Shown: positions 38,880 through 48,178 of the stretch, in pieces
Position numbering within the stretch: the first letter of the stretch is position 1
Layout: the number at the start of each line of letters is the position of its first letter
Assembly (NCBI GenBank): GCA_963778115.1
Contig: CAVZSV010000004.1
Span: 2,624,001-2,688,000 of the forward strand
DNA from: an uncultured delta proteobacterium
GTDB taxonomy: Bacteria > Bdellovibrionota > FAC87 > UBA2466
Direction of reading: 5' to 3'
DNA length: 64,000 bases
Position numbers and translations under genes: made by a program
Notes under the pieces: generated by a model
What the model was told of the DNA's origin: nothing
Databases searched by the model: none
What the model saw: only the letters and a program-made list of their open reading frames with translations

Positions 38880-39170
38880 TTACCCTGCCTTCGAGAGCTT
38901 AGGTTTCTTCTTGTGCTCCTGAGTCGCTTGCCAAAGATCAAAACCTGTTTGCAGGTTCATCCAAAGTTCCGCAGAGGTTCCTAGCGCATCGGAAAGAGCA
39001 AGGGCGACGGCAGGAGTAACTCCCCGCTTACCCCGTATGAGTTCGTTCACCTTGGCGTGTGACCAACCGAGATGATTTGCTAGAGCCGTTTGGGTAACGC
39101 CCAAGGGTTTCAGAAACTCTTCTTCCAACATTTCCCCAGGATGGGTGGGACTTCTGTGCTTTGGTAACAT
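38880..39170 (-). CDS. higA: HigA family antitoxin
   Basis: 'PTHPGEMLEEEFLKPLG...ELWMNLQ'. Confidence 0.93.
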   Translation of the reverse strand: MLPKHRSPTHPGEMLEEEFLKPLGVTQTALANHLGWSHAKVNELIRGKRGVTPAVALALSDALGTSAELWMNLQTGFDLWQATQEHKKKPKLSKAG

Positions 39171-39184
39171 CTATCTTCCTTCTG

Positions 39185-39475
39185 TTAGTGGTAATCCACT
39201 ATCTCAACATCTTCCGCGTTGGTTTCATTCCATCGGAAGACTATCCGCCATTGATCGTTGACCCGAATGCTGTGAAAACCAGCCAAATCTTTCGATAGAG
39301 CCTCGAGTTTATTCCCGGGTGGAACTCTCAAGTCTTCCAGATGTGCCGCCCCATTTATCAGATCTAGTTGGCGCCGTGCCTTACGATGGAGTTCCCCAGG
39401 AAGCTTTCGCGCAGCCTTGCTGTTCAGCCCATCGTAGATATCCTGAGTTGTCTTCCCCTTGATGGACCTAATCAC
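39185..39475 (-). CDS. higB: HigB (RelE-like) toxin
   Basis: 'DLRVPPGNKLEAL...HSIRVNDQWRIVFRW...VEIVDYH'; GTG start 39475. Confidence 0.93.
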   Translation of the reverse strand: MIRSIKGKTTQDIYDGLNSKAARKLPGELHRKARRQLDLINGAAHLEDLRVPPGNKLEALSKDLAGFHSIRVNDQWRIVFRWNETNAEDVEIVDYH

Positions 39476-39482
39476 AAGTCCC

Positions 39483-39520
39483 ATTATATCGTAAATCGGT
39501 ATATCGATCAATGGTATAAT
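39483..39520 (-). promoter_or_regulatory. higBA sigma70 promoter with overlapping palindromic operators
   Basis: Minus strand TTGATC-17-TATAAT; imperfect TATATCG...YGGTATA palindromes. Confidence 0.7.
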
Positions 39521-39586
39521 GATAACAGAAATATTGTTCCTTTTTTGTTCCACACCAGCCCGAACCAGCCAGTAATAGCCAGTACC

Positions 39587-39617
39587 AACCAGACTCGCTC
39601 GCCTTACCTAAGTTATT
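39587..39617 (+). repeat. 31-bp att-arm core, family B copy 2
   Basis: Identical to 23148-23178. Confidence 0.9.
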
Positions 39618-39683
39618 AGTTTTTTTGCGCATCTCAATCTTTCTAGGCACTTACCACAGACGGCAGATCTAAGCCGTACACGC

Positions 39684-39727
39684 TTTCTAATCCGGGGGTT
39701 GTTGGTTCAATCCCAACTGGGCCCAGA
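39684..39727 (+). repeat. tRNA-Arg 3' fragment (att core), copy 5
   Basis: Matches 8655-8698 with one mismatch; starts exactly at the anticodon loop TTTCTAA. Confidence 0.95.
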
Positions 39728-39882
39728 TTTCAAATGCTTACAAAGCAAGAAAAAGTCGAAGATAGATTTTGTTCCATCGTGGTGCTTTTTGAAGTTTCAA
39801 AAGAAATAAATTTAGTAATTCTACGCACGGGATGACTCGTTTTTTGAAGAGCACCAGACTCCCAATCTGGTGACAGTCGAAT

Positions 39883-41235
39883 TCAAAACACTCCTAATGC
39901 ACGGAGTCCGTTGACTAGTAAAGCAAGCAAAGGCACCAGTAAGGCTGTTCGAATGAAAAAAAGAGCAACCAGTTCAAAAAAGCGAATGGGGACTTCCCGA
40001 AACATTTCCATCATCATTGGGGCAACCGACGAAAAGAAAATTATTTGTGACAGTGATAGGACGCACACAAAGAATTTCGATGAGACCTCCGCACTTCTTA
40101 CGAGAAGAGCCGGAATATAGACTTCGGTAATTCCAGCTATTGACGCCTGTGCCACAAGTTCAGGATTTTTGAGGCCCAAGAGAGTCATTATTGGTACGAG
40201 GGGATACCCAAGGAATCGAAAAAGAGGAGTATGGTCGGCCACTAGTAGCGCAAGAGTCCCGATCAAAAGAATCATTCCAAGAATTGTCGCACTCAGTAAG
40301 ATCCCTTCTAAGAAAGATGACGAAATATTTTTCCACAGTGTCGGAGCAACTGAAACTCTTTCAAGCGCCCTACGCCACGCCATCTGAAAATAAAACGCTA
40401 GATTCCCATGCACCTCCTCTTCCGGCTGGGGAGGACCAAAGTAGGTAGCTGGAACTCTTGATAGCGGCCAGATCCGCACCAAGATAACGGCTAGCAGGTA
40501 AACGGCTACAAAGTAGGCTGCCATTATCAACGGAAAGAGATTGAGAATATCGAGGGTACTCGCCACTACGCCAACAAAGCCGATACTGACCGTGCAAAAA
40601 CACACACAGACCGTGTAAGCTTCTCGGCGGTTGTAGATTCCTTTCTCGAAAAGCTTTCGCGTAAAGTAGAGTCCTACCGCATACGGTCCGAGCCAAGACA
40701 TAAGATCATCCAACGCCGAACGACCCGGCAATCGGAACAGGGGTTTCATAACGGGGCGCATGAGGGTTCCTACGAAATCCAGTGCTCCGTAAACTAGTAA
40801 GAGATTCACTATTACAGCCCCCATGGGGATTACGATCGCGACCGATGGAACAAGCTTTTCCCACATTACATTTCGGATTCCAGGTTCAAGTAGCAAGGCC
40901 GGACCAATGCGAAAAAACATTAGGAGGGCAACCAACGCCCCCACTAGGCGGAGGCAACCAAACAATAAGGAACCTCCGAACTCTGACAAATGTGGGATTC
41001 GGTTCGAAAAGCCTTGGTTACGCGCTAAAATAGAACCCAGAGCGCCTATTAGGATCAAGGCTAGGCTGTAAGGACGGATGACGGAAGGACAATCTTTGAG
41101 TATTTCACTCGTTACAACATCGAATAGCACCGTTGTTTTTCCATTGTGCGAAATTGGAAATAGGAAAAACCCTATGCCTATCGAGAATGCCGCGAGAAAT
41201 TTGAACTGTTTCAAGAAGAATCCCCCCGAACGCAA
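39883..41235 (-). CDS. YjiH-like membrane protein (nucleoside recognition GATE domains)
   Basis: Polytopic; 'MRPVMKPLFRLPGRSALD', 'LSLSQIIFFS'. Confidence 0.8.
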   Translation of the reverse strand: MRSGGFFLKQFKFLAAFSIGIGFFLFPISHNGKTTVLFDVVTSEILKDCPSVIRPYSLALILIGALGSILARNQGFSNRIPHLSEFGGSLLFGCLRLVGALVALLMFFRIGPALLLEPGIRNVMWEKLVPSVAIVIPMGAVIVNLLLVYGALDFVGTLMRPVMKPLFRLPGRSALDDLMSWLGPYAVGLYFTRKLFEKGIYNRREAYTVCVCFCTVSIGFVGVVASTLDILNLFPLIMAAYFVAVYLLAVILVRIWPLSRVPATYFGPPQPEEEVHGNLAFYFQMAWRRALERVSVAPTLWKNISSSFLEGILLSATILGMILLIGTLALLVADHTPLFRFLGYPLVPIMTLLGLKNPELVAQASIAGITEVYIPALLVRSAEVSSKFFVCVLSLSQIIFFSSVAPMMMEMFREVPIRFFELVALFFIRTALLVPLLALLVNGLRALGVF

Positions 41236-41261
41236 AGACCTTGGCTGGACGACGCATTCAA

Positions 41262-41651
41262 TTATACTTCATGATGTTGGAAAACCGGCAGCTTTTGAAT
41301 TCTTGGTCCGTCGTTCCAATGGCTGCCGACTGATTTACTAAAGGTAGACGACAGAGTGAGCACTAATACGAAAATTGCTGATTCAGCGTTTGCTTCGGCC
41401 CCTTTCATCCCGAGTGGACGCAGGGTCGAAGTATGGCAAATCAAGCAATAGGGGACCGAACAATACTTGGCAATCAGGGCAGCCAACTTTTCCTTGAATA
41501 ACGCTGGCAGTGGATTCTCGACGTAAGCCGATAGCGTTTGCTGCCAGAGGTTTTCTAAGACGGAGGGAGTCTCCATTGCAGGCTCAAAAAAGGGAGGGAA
41601 AAACCCAAATCGCTGAATGATCTCATCCTTAACGGACTGAGCAGTTCGCAT
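41262..41651 (-). pseudogene. Truncated N-terminal domain of a larger sensor-type protein (AhpD-like CxxxxCxxCH)
   Basis: 'FGFFPPFF...LENLWQQTLSAY.ENPLP.LFKEKL...CSVPYCLICH' then the sequence loses coherence. Confidence 0.5.
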
Positions 41652-41746
41652 TATCCGGCCCTTTCATAGTTTGACCTGAACCATAGTAGAATTGACGCAT
41701 TTGCTCAAGATTCACTTTCTGGGGCCGCGGCTATTTATTTTAGTTT

Positions 41747-41762
41747 TTGACCGATCGGTTAA
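41747..41762. promoter_or_regulatory. TetR operator palindrome
   Basis: TTGACCGATCGGTTAA, 14/16 self-complementary, upstream of tetR. Confidence 0.65.
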
Positions 41763-41817
41763 CAACGTTATAGGATCTGGCCGAACATGGTCCTATTGCG
41801 ATCCTAAGAGGAGATAG

Positions 41818-42429
41818 ATGGCAAGACCCCGCGAATTCAATCACAAGAAAGTCGTTGACCGAATCACGGAGCTTTTTTGGGAAAAAGGATTTAAGGGCAC
41901 ATCTATGGATGATCTTGTGAAGACGACCGGTCTCAACAAGGGGAGCCTCTACACTTGCTTTGGCAATAAGGAAGCGATTTTCAAACTGGCGCTAACAAAT
42001 TACGTTGGCAGTAGTTCTGAGGATCCTATTCCGAGCAATAGCCCAATAAACCGGCTTTGCCGGTTCTATGCGCTCATCATATCGGACGCCGATCTGCCCA
42101 AGAAGAAACGCCGCGGGTGTTTTGTTTTCAATAGCTGTTTGGAGTTCGGAAATCGGTCTGGCGGACTGGCACCTTTCGTGCTCTCTATCGCGAAGACCAG
42201 AGAATTTTTCTTCACTAGTCTCATTGAAGAGGCCAAGGAAAAAGGAGAAATTCCAAGAAGAATCGACGAGAAAAGAGCCGGACAACGAGCGTTTGCGACG
42301 GCTTTTGCCATTAGAGAGTTATCTAAGTTCAAACCAGAAAAAGACTTCTTATGTGATATTGGGAATACCTTTCTCGAGTCGATTGGAACGACAAAGAGGA
42401 TTAATTTGAAAGTAGGCGATGCAACATGA
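41818..42429 (+). CDS. TetR family regulator
   Basis: 'MARPREF...FWEKGFKGTSMDDL...GSLY..FGNK', 'RGCF'. Confidence 0.92.
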   Translation: MARPREFNHKKVVDRITELFWEKGFKGTSMDDLVKTTGLNKGSLYTCFGNKEAIFKLALTNYVGSSSEDPIPSNSPINRLCRFYALIISDADLPKKKRRGCFVFNSCLEFGNRSGGLAPFVLSIAKTREFFFTSLIEEAKEKGEIPRRIDEKRAGQRAFATAFAIRELSKFKPEKDFLCDIGNTFLESIGTTKRINLKVGDAT

Positions 42430-42800
42430 AAATTATCTCCATAAAAGTTCATGGAATTTTGGATTATCTTACCGTTCTTATCTTTGCCGTTGCTCCCACA
42501 ATGTTTGGTTTCTCCGGCGCCCCAAGCTACTTGAGTTACGCCCTCTCAGGAATTCACTTTCTGATGAGTGCATTAACGAACTTTCCGCTTGGGGCTTGGA
42601 AAGTTATCCCAGTTTCCATTCATAAACTAGTCGAAACAATCGTAGGTCCTGTCCTAATCGTCCTTCCCTGGATATTCGGCTTTGCAAGCGATCTGCCGGC
42701 TCGTTATTTCTTTCTCGCCCTTGGCTTTGTGATTATCGCCGTTGGGCTTCTGACAAATTATATGAACTCGGAGGTCTCTGTTGAAAAAACTAGAAGGTAA
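42426..42800 (+). CDS. SPW-repeat membrane protein
   Basis: 'HGILDY', 'LPWIFGF', four TMs. Confidence 0.7.
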   Translation: MKIISIKVHGILDYLTVLIFAVAPTMFGFSGAPSYLSYALSGIHFLMSALTNFPLGAWKVIPVSIHKLVETIVGPVLIVLPWIFGFASDLPARYFFLALGFVIIAVGLLTNYMNSEVSVEKTRR

Positions 42801-43530
42801 GATTTCCCTCATAACGGGGGGAAATAGCGGAATTGGCCTTGCGACCGCTAAGGTTTTTGTGGACCAAGGGGCCAAAGTGATTATCGCGGGAAGAGATCAA
42901 CAAACGCTCGACCGCGCCACCAAAGAACTGGGCGGCCAAATCCTAGCCATTCGAGCGGACGTTTCAAAACCTTCTGAACTCGACCATCTCTACCAAGAGA
43001 TTCGCGCCAAGTTCGGCCGCATAGATGTTCTGTTCGCAAATGCCGGTATTGCTAAGTTCACTCCCGTTGAACAGGTGACCGAAGAGTTTTTCGATACCAC
43101 GTTTAACACGAATACCCGGGGGCTATTTTTTACGGTTCAAAAAGCAATTCCTCTCCTTAGTAAGGGCTCATCTGTGATTTTAACTAGTTCTTCAGTCGTT
43201 GGAAAAGGCATGCCTGGTGCCTCGGTTTATGCTGCTAGCAAAGCCGCTGTCCGCTCGCTGGCCAGAAGTTTTTCCGCCGAGCTTGCCGATCGTGGAGTTC
43301 GTGTGAACGTGCTAAGCCCCGGACCGGTGGAAACTCCCATCTTTGCGCGCATGGGGCTTCCCCCCGACACCATGAAAGCGATGGGAGAAACGATGCGGGC
43401 CAGAGTGCCAATGAAGCGCTTCGGCCATCCCGATGAGCAGGCAAAAGCGGCTCTATTCCTCGCTTCAGATGATTCTAGTTTTATGTTGGGATCTCAAGTG
43501 TCCGTCGATGGCGGTGTGGGACAACTTTGA
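42781..43530 (+). CDS. SDR family oxidoreductase
   Basis: 'TGGNSGIG', 'NAG', 'YAASK'. Confidence 0.93.
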   Translation: MKKLEGKISLITGGNSGIGLATAKVFVDQGAKVIIAGRDQQTLDRATKELGGQILAIRADVSKPSELDHLYQEIRAKFGRIDVLFANAGIAKFTPVEQVTEEFFDTTFNTNTRGLFFTVQKAIPLLSKGSSVILTSSSVVGKGMPGASVYAASKAAVRSLARSFSAELADRGVRVNVLSPGPVETPIFARMGLPPDTMKAMGETMRARVPMKRFGHPDEQAKAALFLASDDSSFMLGSQVSVDGGVGQL

Positions 43531-43567
43531 CAGGTTTGACTAACTATCGAGGGAATGTATGGAGCCT

Positions 43568-43891
43568 TCAAAAATCATCTTCACCGCGATCGTTTCTTGT
43601 CTTGGTTTCATGCCAATGGTCGGCGCCGCGGAAAAGCTTGACTCGATGAAAGGTGTCACTCTCCTTCCGGGCCCTTTTGGAACGGGTCATCCTAATTAAT
43701 TGAACCATGACCCGTACCTTTTGGGCCCGATGGGAGAGTGACACTTTTATTGCTAAAATAAACTTTTCAGCGGCATTCCAAGTAGTGCCGGGGATTTTTG
43801 GACTTAGCCATCCATCAAAAACTTCATCCGGAGAGGCAGGGATGGTTCGTTCAAATTTAAATTCAAGGGTCTTCTTAGGATTAGGCATCAC
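43568..43891 (-). pseudogene. Truncated SRPBCC/AHSA1 domain
   Basis: Only about 45 aa ('FERTIPASPDEVFDGW') resemble SRPBCC; downstream of arsR. Confidence 0.6.
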
Positions 43892-44217
43892 TTTTTCTCC
43901 TTCTTCTTTTTATCGATAAAGTACTGTGCAAACTGGTCTAAGCGTTCATTCCAAAACCGTTCGTATTCATGTACCCATTCCGCTACCTGGCGAAGAGGTT
44001 CTCCTCGAAAAGAAATAAAAACTTCGCGTCCTTGTTTCTTGCGTTCAATGAGTCCCGCTCTTTCGAGAAGCTTTAGGTGTTTTGTCACTGAATTTAAAGC
44101 AGTATCGAACGGCTTTGCGATATCCAGGAATCGGGCAGGCCCATTTGATAGCTGCTGAATGATAGCCCTTCGGGTAGGGTGGGATATAGCAGTGAGAATA
44201 TCGTTTAGTTGATCCAT
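43888..44217 (-). CDS. ArsR/SmtB family regulator
   Basis: 'AISHPTRRAII', 'VTKHLKLLERAGLI', 'FWNERLD'; ATG 44217. Confidence 0.9.
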   Translation of the reverse strand: MDQLNDILTAISHPTRRAIIQQLSNGPARFLDIAKPFDTALNSVTKHLKLLERAGLIERKKQGREVFISFRGEPLRQVAEWVHEYERFWNERLDQFAQYFIDKKKKEKK

Positions 44218-44222
44218 TAAGG

Positions 44223-44246
44223 ATACTACACCATAAGGTGTAGTAT
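44223..44246. promoter_or_regulatory. ArsR operator, perfect 10-4-10 inverted repeat
   Basis: ATACTACACC-ATAA-GGTGTAGTAT, 5 bp from the arsR start. Confidence 0.8.
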
Positions 44247-44317
44247 TATGTAATTCTTTTATGGTAGCGTTTTCTCTAGGCCAGATCCGGTAGAGAACCC
44301 GCGGAAAGGTATTTCTG

Positions 44318-45680
44318 ATGTCGAGGAAGAAGATTGTCATTATCGGCGCTGGATTTTCAGGGACCCTACTTGCGGTCCAATTGGTGAATCGGGCTAGCAA
44401 TCCTCTTGAGGTGGTGATCACAGAACGTACGGGACGTTTTGGAAGAGGGGTAGCTTATGGGACCGAAGAGCCCTCTCATTTACTTAATGTTCAGGCGTTT
44501 AAGATGAGTGCTTTCCCCGAGAGGCCTAATGATTTTTTAGAGTGGTTAGGCCATAACGCGACAGAGATTGCTCCAACCGGAAAACGATTTACGCGTGAGA
44601 GTTTCGTGCCACGAACGATCTACGGACGCTATCTTGAATCGGTCCTCAATAGCGCGAAGTCGTCGCTGTCCAATGACGTGGTCTTTATCGAAAAAGCTGA
44701 CGAAGCGTCGTCCATAGAGTGTAACGACGGTGGCGCTATGGTCGGGATGAAAGGGGGGGGGATGTGTCCAAGCCGATCAGGTGGTTCTGGCACTAGGTAA
44801 CTTCCCCTCGGGACCCCAGCAATCAGGTAAAGCGATTACTACCTGGGAAATAGATCGCTTCAAACAGATTGGGGCGCGAGATCCCGTATTTATCGTCGGT
44901 TCCGGCCTTACTATGGTCGATACGGTTTTGGCCCTAAAAGAACGAAACCATTCGGGACAGATTTATGCTTTGTCCCGCCACGGTCTTATTCCTCAAACGT
45001 TCGAGGCAGCCACTCCGTATCCTACATTTCTAACGCCTCCCGCGATGAAATCAGCTTTATTTGTGCTGCGACAGATACGCAAGGAGACTGAAAAAGCGAT
45101 GGAATCAGGGAGTAGCTGGCAATCCGTGATTGCTTCTCTCCGTGCTAATACTTCAGAACTTTGGAGGGCATTTCCGGAAAAAGAGAGAAGTCGGTTTTTG
45201 AGACACCTCAAGAGTTACTGGGACACTCGTCGCCATCAAATGGCGCCGGAAGTCGCCAGAAGAATAGACCTCTGCAAGGAGGACGGAAGTCTTAAGGTTC
45301 TTGCCGGACGCGTTCTTGCTATCTCTGGCGAAGAGGGTGGCTTTCGAATCACAATACGACGCCGAGGAGACTCGGAAAATGAATCCCTCTGGGTTAAGCA
45401 CGTCGTCGATTGCACGGGGCTAGATGGAAATTTTGCAGAAATCAAGCACCCTCTGATCGAAAACCTACGAACACAAGGTCTCATAAGACCAAATATTCAC
45501 GGACTGGGGATCGATGTTACTGGTGAGGGCCGAGTCATAAACGCTAAAGGATTTCCGTCCTCGACTCTATTCGCTATCGGATCCTTAAGAAGAGGGGAAA
45601 TGTGGGAATCGGTTGCCGTACCAGAGTTGCGTGTGCAAGCGCAAGAGTTGGCGGAGTTGTTGCTGAATGACGCCAAGTGA
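44318..45680 (+). pseudogene. FAD/NAD(P)-binding protein split by a frameshift in a G9 tract
   Basis: 'IIGAGFSG' half and 'VGSGLTMVD' half are in different frames; removing one G at 44753-44761 joins them as '...KGGGCVQADQVVLALGN'. Confidence 0.85.
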
Positions 45681-45715
45681 GCCAACCGATGATCGCCGTT
45701 AATAGGTTTACGGTT

Positions 45716-46282
45716 TTAGAAATGCGCGCCTATATTTAGGTTGGGCTGGAGATCTCGATTGAAGACTCGAATCTCTGCCTCATCTCCGTTTTTGTCTTTG
45801 ATGGAGTGCGAGATTCCGAGGTCAAGATGAGGGGTGACAGAGGCCTGTGTGGGAACGCTGCCATCGCACCGACTCTTAATCGTTTGCTGGATGAGAGCTG
45901 AATAGGCTTTCCACTCATCGGTCTTACTTACGTTGGTTTCTGCGCCAACAAGAGGAGATTCCGTGATTTCGGCCATTCCGGGAGCCATCGAAGGCACGCA
46001 TTCCGCCCTTTCAATATCGTGGGCGGATAACTGGGAGTTGTCCAAAACGAAAAGCGAACCCAAAGACGATTCAAATCTTCGATACCTATGCCCTTCTCGG
46101 AGAAAAACTCCTCGATAACGGATCGCATCGGGTCCGGAGACTGAATAGTCTTTGGCATCTATTCGAAATAATTTCTTGGCCTCAATAGCCTTTGATTTAG
46201 GGGGTGGGAATGAATCTTCCGCCCGAAGGTCTAGCTGGAGGGAGATTAACCAAAGCGCTAATAACGACATGTTTTTTATCAT
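45716..46282 (-). CDS. Exported hypothetical protein
   Basis: Signal peptide; C-terminal F. Confidence 0.55.
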   Translation of the reverse strand: MIKNMSLLALWLISLQLDLRAEDSFPPPKSKAIEAKKLFRIDAKDYSVSGPDAIRYRGVFLREGHRYRRFESSLGSLFVLDNSQLSAHDIERAECVPSMAPGMAEITESPLVGAETNVSKTDEWKAYSALIQQTIKSRCDGSVPTQASVTPHLDLGISHSIKDKNGDEAEIRVFNRDLQPNLNIGAHF

Positions 46283-46409
46283 CGATGAAAGTTTCGGATG
46301 GGTTAGGTTGATTTGCTATGTCCATTATAGACGGAAAGAATGTCAGATTAGTGACACAACGATAGTGCTGCATGACTGCTAGCGTTAGCGTCTTAGGCCC
46401 TGCGAAAGA

Positions 46410-46553
46410 TCAGCGAAAGAGAACGACAAGAAGAATCACTAACAAAATGAGCCCTCCGCCACTTGGATAATATCCCCATGAGCTAGCATACGGCCAAACC
46501 GGCAGCAGACCGATCACAAATAAAACAAGGAGTATAAGAAGTATGGTTCGCAT
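46410..46553 (-). CDS. Small membrane protein, DUF3309-like (47 aa, missing from the ORF track)
   Basis: MRTILLILLVLFVIGLLPVWPYASSWGYYPSGGGLILLVILLVVLFR; GAGGAGGT RBS. Confidence 0.8.
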   Translation of the reverse strand: MRTILLILLVLFVIGLLPVWPYASSWGYYPSGGGLILLVILLVVLFR

Positions 46554-47066
46554 CGTCGTTTACCTCCTCAATCCTCTCTTAGTACTTCTCGAGCGGATTT
46601 TTCCCGCTTGTTTCTTAGCGAGCCTTTCGCTCTTATGTAAGAGGCCTGTATTCTCCATAAGCCAAAGTTGCGCTGGAACTAAGCTAGTTAGAAAACCGAC
46701 AGTGCCGTATCGAAAGAAGGAATTCATAAAATGCCTTTCTCGAGGATTAATGTCCTCGAATCAGAAAAATAATTAAAAGAACAGAAGCGGGAACTCCAAA
46801 AAGCCACGCGATGAGATATCCGATCCGCCCGGCAGTCGAACGCAGTAGTGAAGTACTCTTTGCTCGCAACATCAGGCCGCTAGTAACACCACTAGTATTT
46901 ATTTTCTTCATAACGACCTCCTCTTTAACGTCATAACGTTAGACATTAGCAACTACTGTGCCGTAACTACCTAGCGTCAAATCACGCCTAAACCTAGAAA
47001 GGTAAAGGGGAGCCAAGGAGGAAATGTTGCAATTTTAATCGACGATGGAAGAGGTTGGGTATGGAG

Positions 47067-47501
47067 TTAGCTTGGGGTTAGTTTCCGCAACACTTCGGTG
47101 GAGAGGCGCTCCAGGTTTTGTTCATTGGCGGGAACCACAATGGGTTCAAGCCGACTTGCCACTTCCGCCTTCTCGAAAGCTTGCGACCAAGTGACTAGAG
47201 TGCCAGTCGTCGAAATGGCTAAGGAAATGGTTAATTGATACTTTGGCTCCGAGGCGTGTCGAACGACTACTTTCTTTGGCACTACTATTTCTGCAAATAT
47301 ATTTTCGTTGGGATAGTTGCCGCCATTCGGTCCGTGCATGACAAAAGACCAGCGGCCGCCGTTCTTAAACTCGCAAACTTGAAAGGTATTGGTAAAGCCG
47401 GTCGGCCCCCACCAACGTGCCAAACGTTCTGGGTCTTTGATTGCCGAAAAGACTTGCTCAATGGTTGCTGGAATTTCACGTGAAGTAGTGAAAGTAGTCA
47501 T
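47067..47501 (-). CDS. SRPBCC domain protein
   Basis: 'LARWWGPTGFTNT', 'FVMHGPNG.NYPNE', 'NEQNLERL'. Confidence 0.88.
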   Translation of the reverse strand: MTTFTTSREIPATIEQVFSAIKDPERLARWWGPTGFTNTFQVCEFKNGGRWSFVMHGPNGGNYPNENIFAEIVVPKKVVVRHASEPKYQLTISLAISTTGTLVTWSQAFEKAEVASRLEPIVVPANEQNLERLSTEVLRKLTPS

Positions 47502-47538
47502 CGGCTTCTCCGTTATTTTTTTTGATTATACTCTAAAT

Positions 47539-48018
47539 TTACTTCAGAGAGGATCGCCAATGCCGAACTAATCGATCGACTTGGGAACTAAATTCTTCGG
47601 GGAACGCCTGATGGAACTCTTTGGCGGACTGGGGATAGTACGGCCCCTGTTTAATTTCAAGGATGGCCGCAACGGGAGACAGGGCGAGAACCGTATGGAA
47701 TTGATTCTCCGCGACTTCAAAGCTCACAGCTCCTTGGGAAGAAAGCAAGGTTTTAGCGATAATCTTCCCGGCCGTATTGAAGGTTAAGATGCCGACCTCT
47801 CCATGCAAAAGGGTGAAAAGCTCAAATCCATCCTTGCCCTTCCTGGGCCGGTGACAGTGGGGACGGATGTAGCTATTTTCGCAAATAATATTGACGAGTT
47901 TCTGCACCGGAGCATTTGCTGGGCTTAACGCAAGCGTTTTGCGACGGCGAGGTAGGCGGCGAGCCTGTCTTGCCTCCTTTAGGATTAACGATTTGGAGAC
48001 GGCCGGACGACTGGACAT
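47539..48018 (-). CDS. WbuC-family cupin metalloprotein
   Basis: 'SYIRPHCH', 'FHTV', 'EIKQGPY'. Confidence 0.78.
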   Translation of the reverse strand: MSSRPAVSKSLILKEARQARRLPRRRKTLALSPANAPVQKLVNIICENSYIRPHCHRPRKGKDGFELFTLLHGEVGILTFNTAGKIIAKTLLSSQGAVSFEVAENQFHTVLALSPVAAILEIKQGPYYPQSAKEFHQAFPEEFSSQVDRLVRHWRSSLK

Positions 48019-48178
48019 AACGACACCTCGCGGGAAGATGAGCAAGATCTGGACCAGCCTTAGACAGGCTCAGACCTACAGATGCTTAGCAAAAGGGTGA
48101 CAAAGATTGCTCTCTGGCCGAGTGCCCGCGGCGGACATTTTGTGTCGGAAAACGTCTCTTGGGGAGGTGAGCTTTCGC

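Larger units (their letters stand above)
34191..39725. mobile_element. tRNA-Arg island segment 4 (about 5.5 kb), no integrase
   Basis: Identical 20-mer TTGTTCCTTTTTTGTTCCAC near both ends (34230, 39534); closed by att core 5. Confidence 0.8.

Noticed and set aside
8697..39725. Prophage or conjugative element
   Set aside because: No phage structural, replication, relaxase or T4SS genes were recognised.
23245..39727. tRNA fragments as additional tRNA genes
   Set aside because: They lack the 5' acceptor strand and D arm, so they cannot fold as tRNAs.
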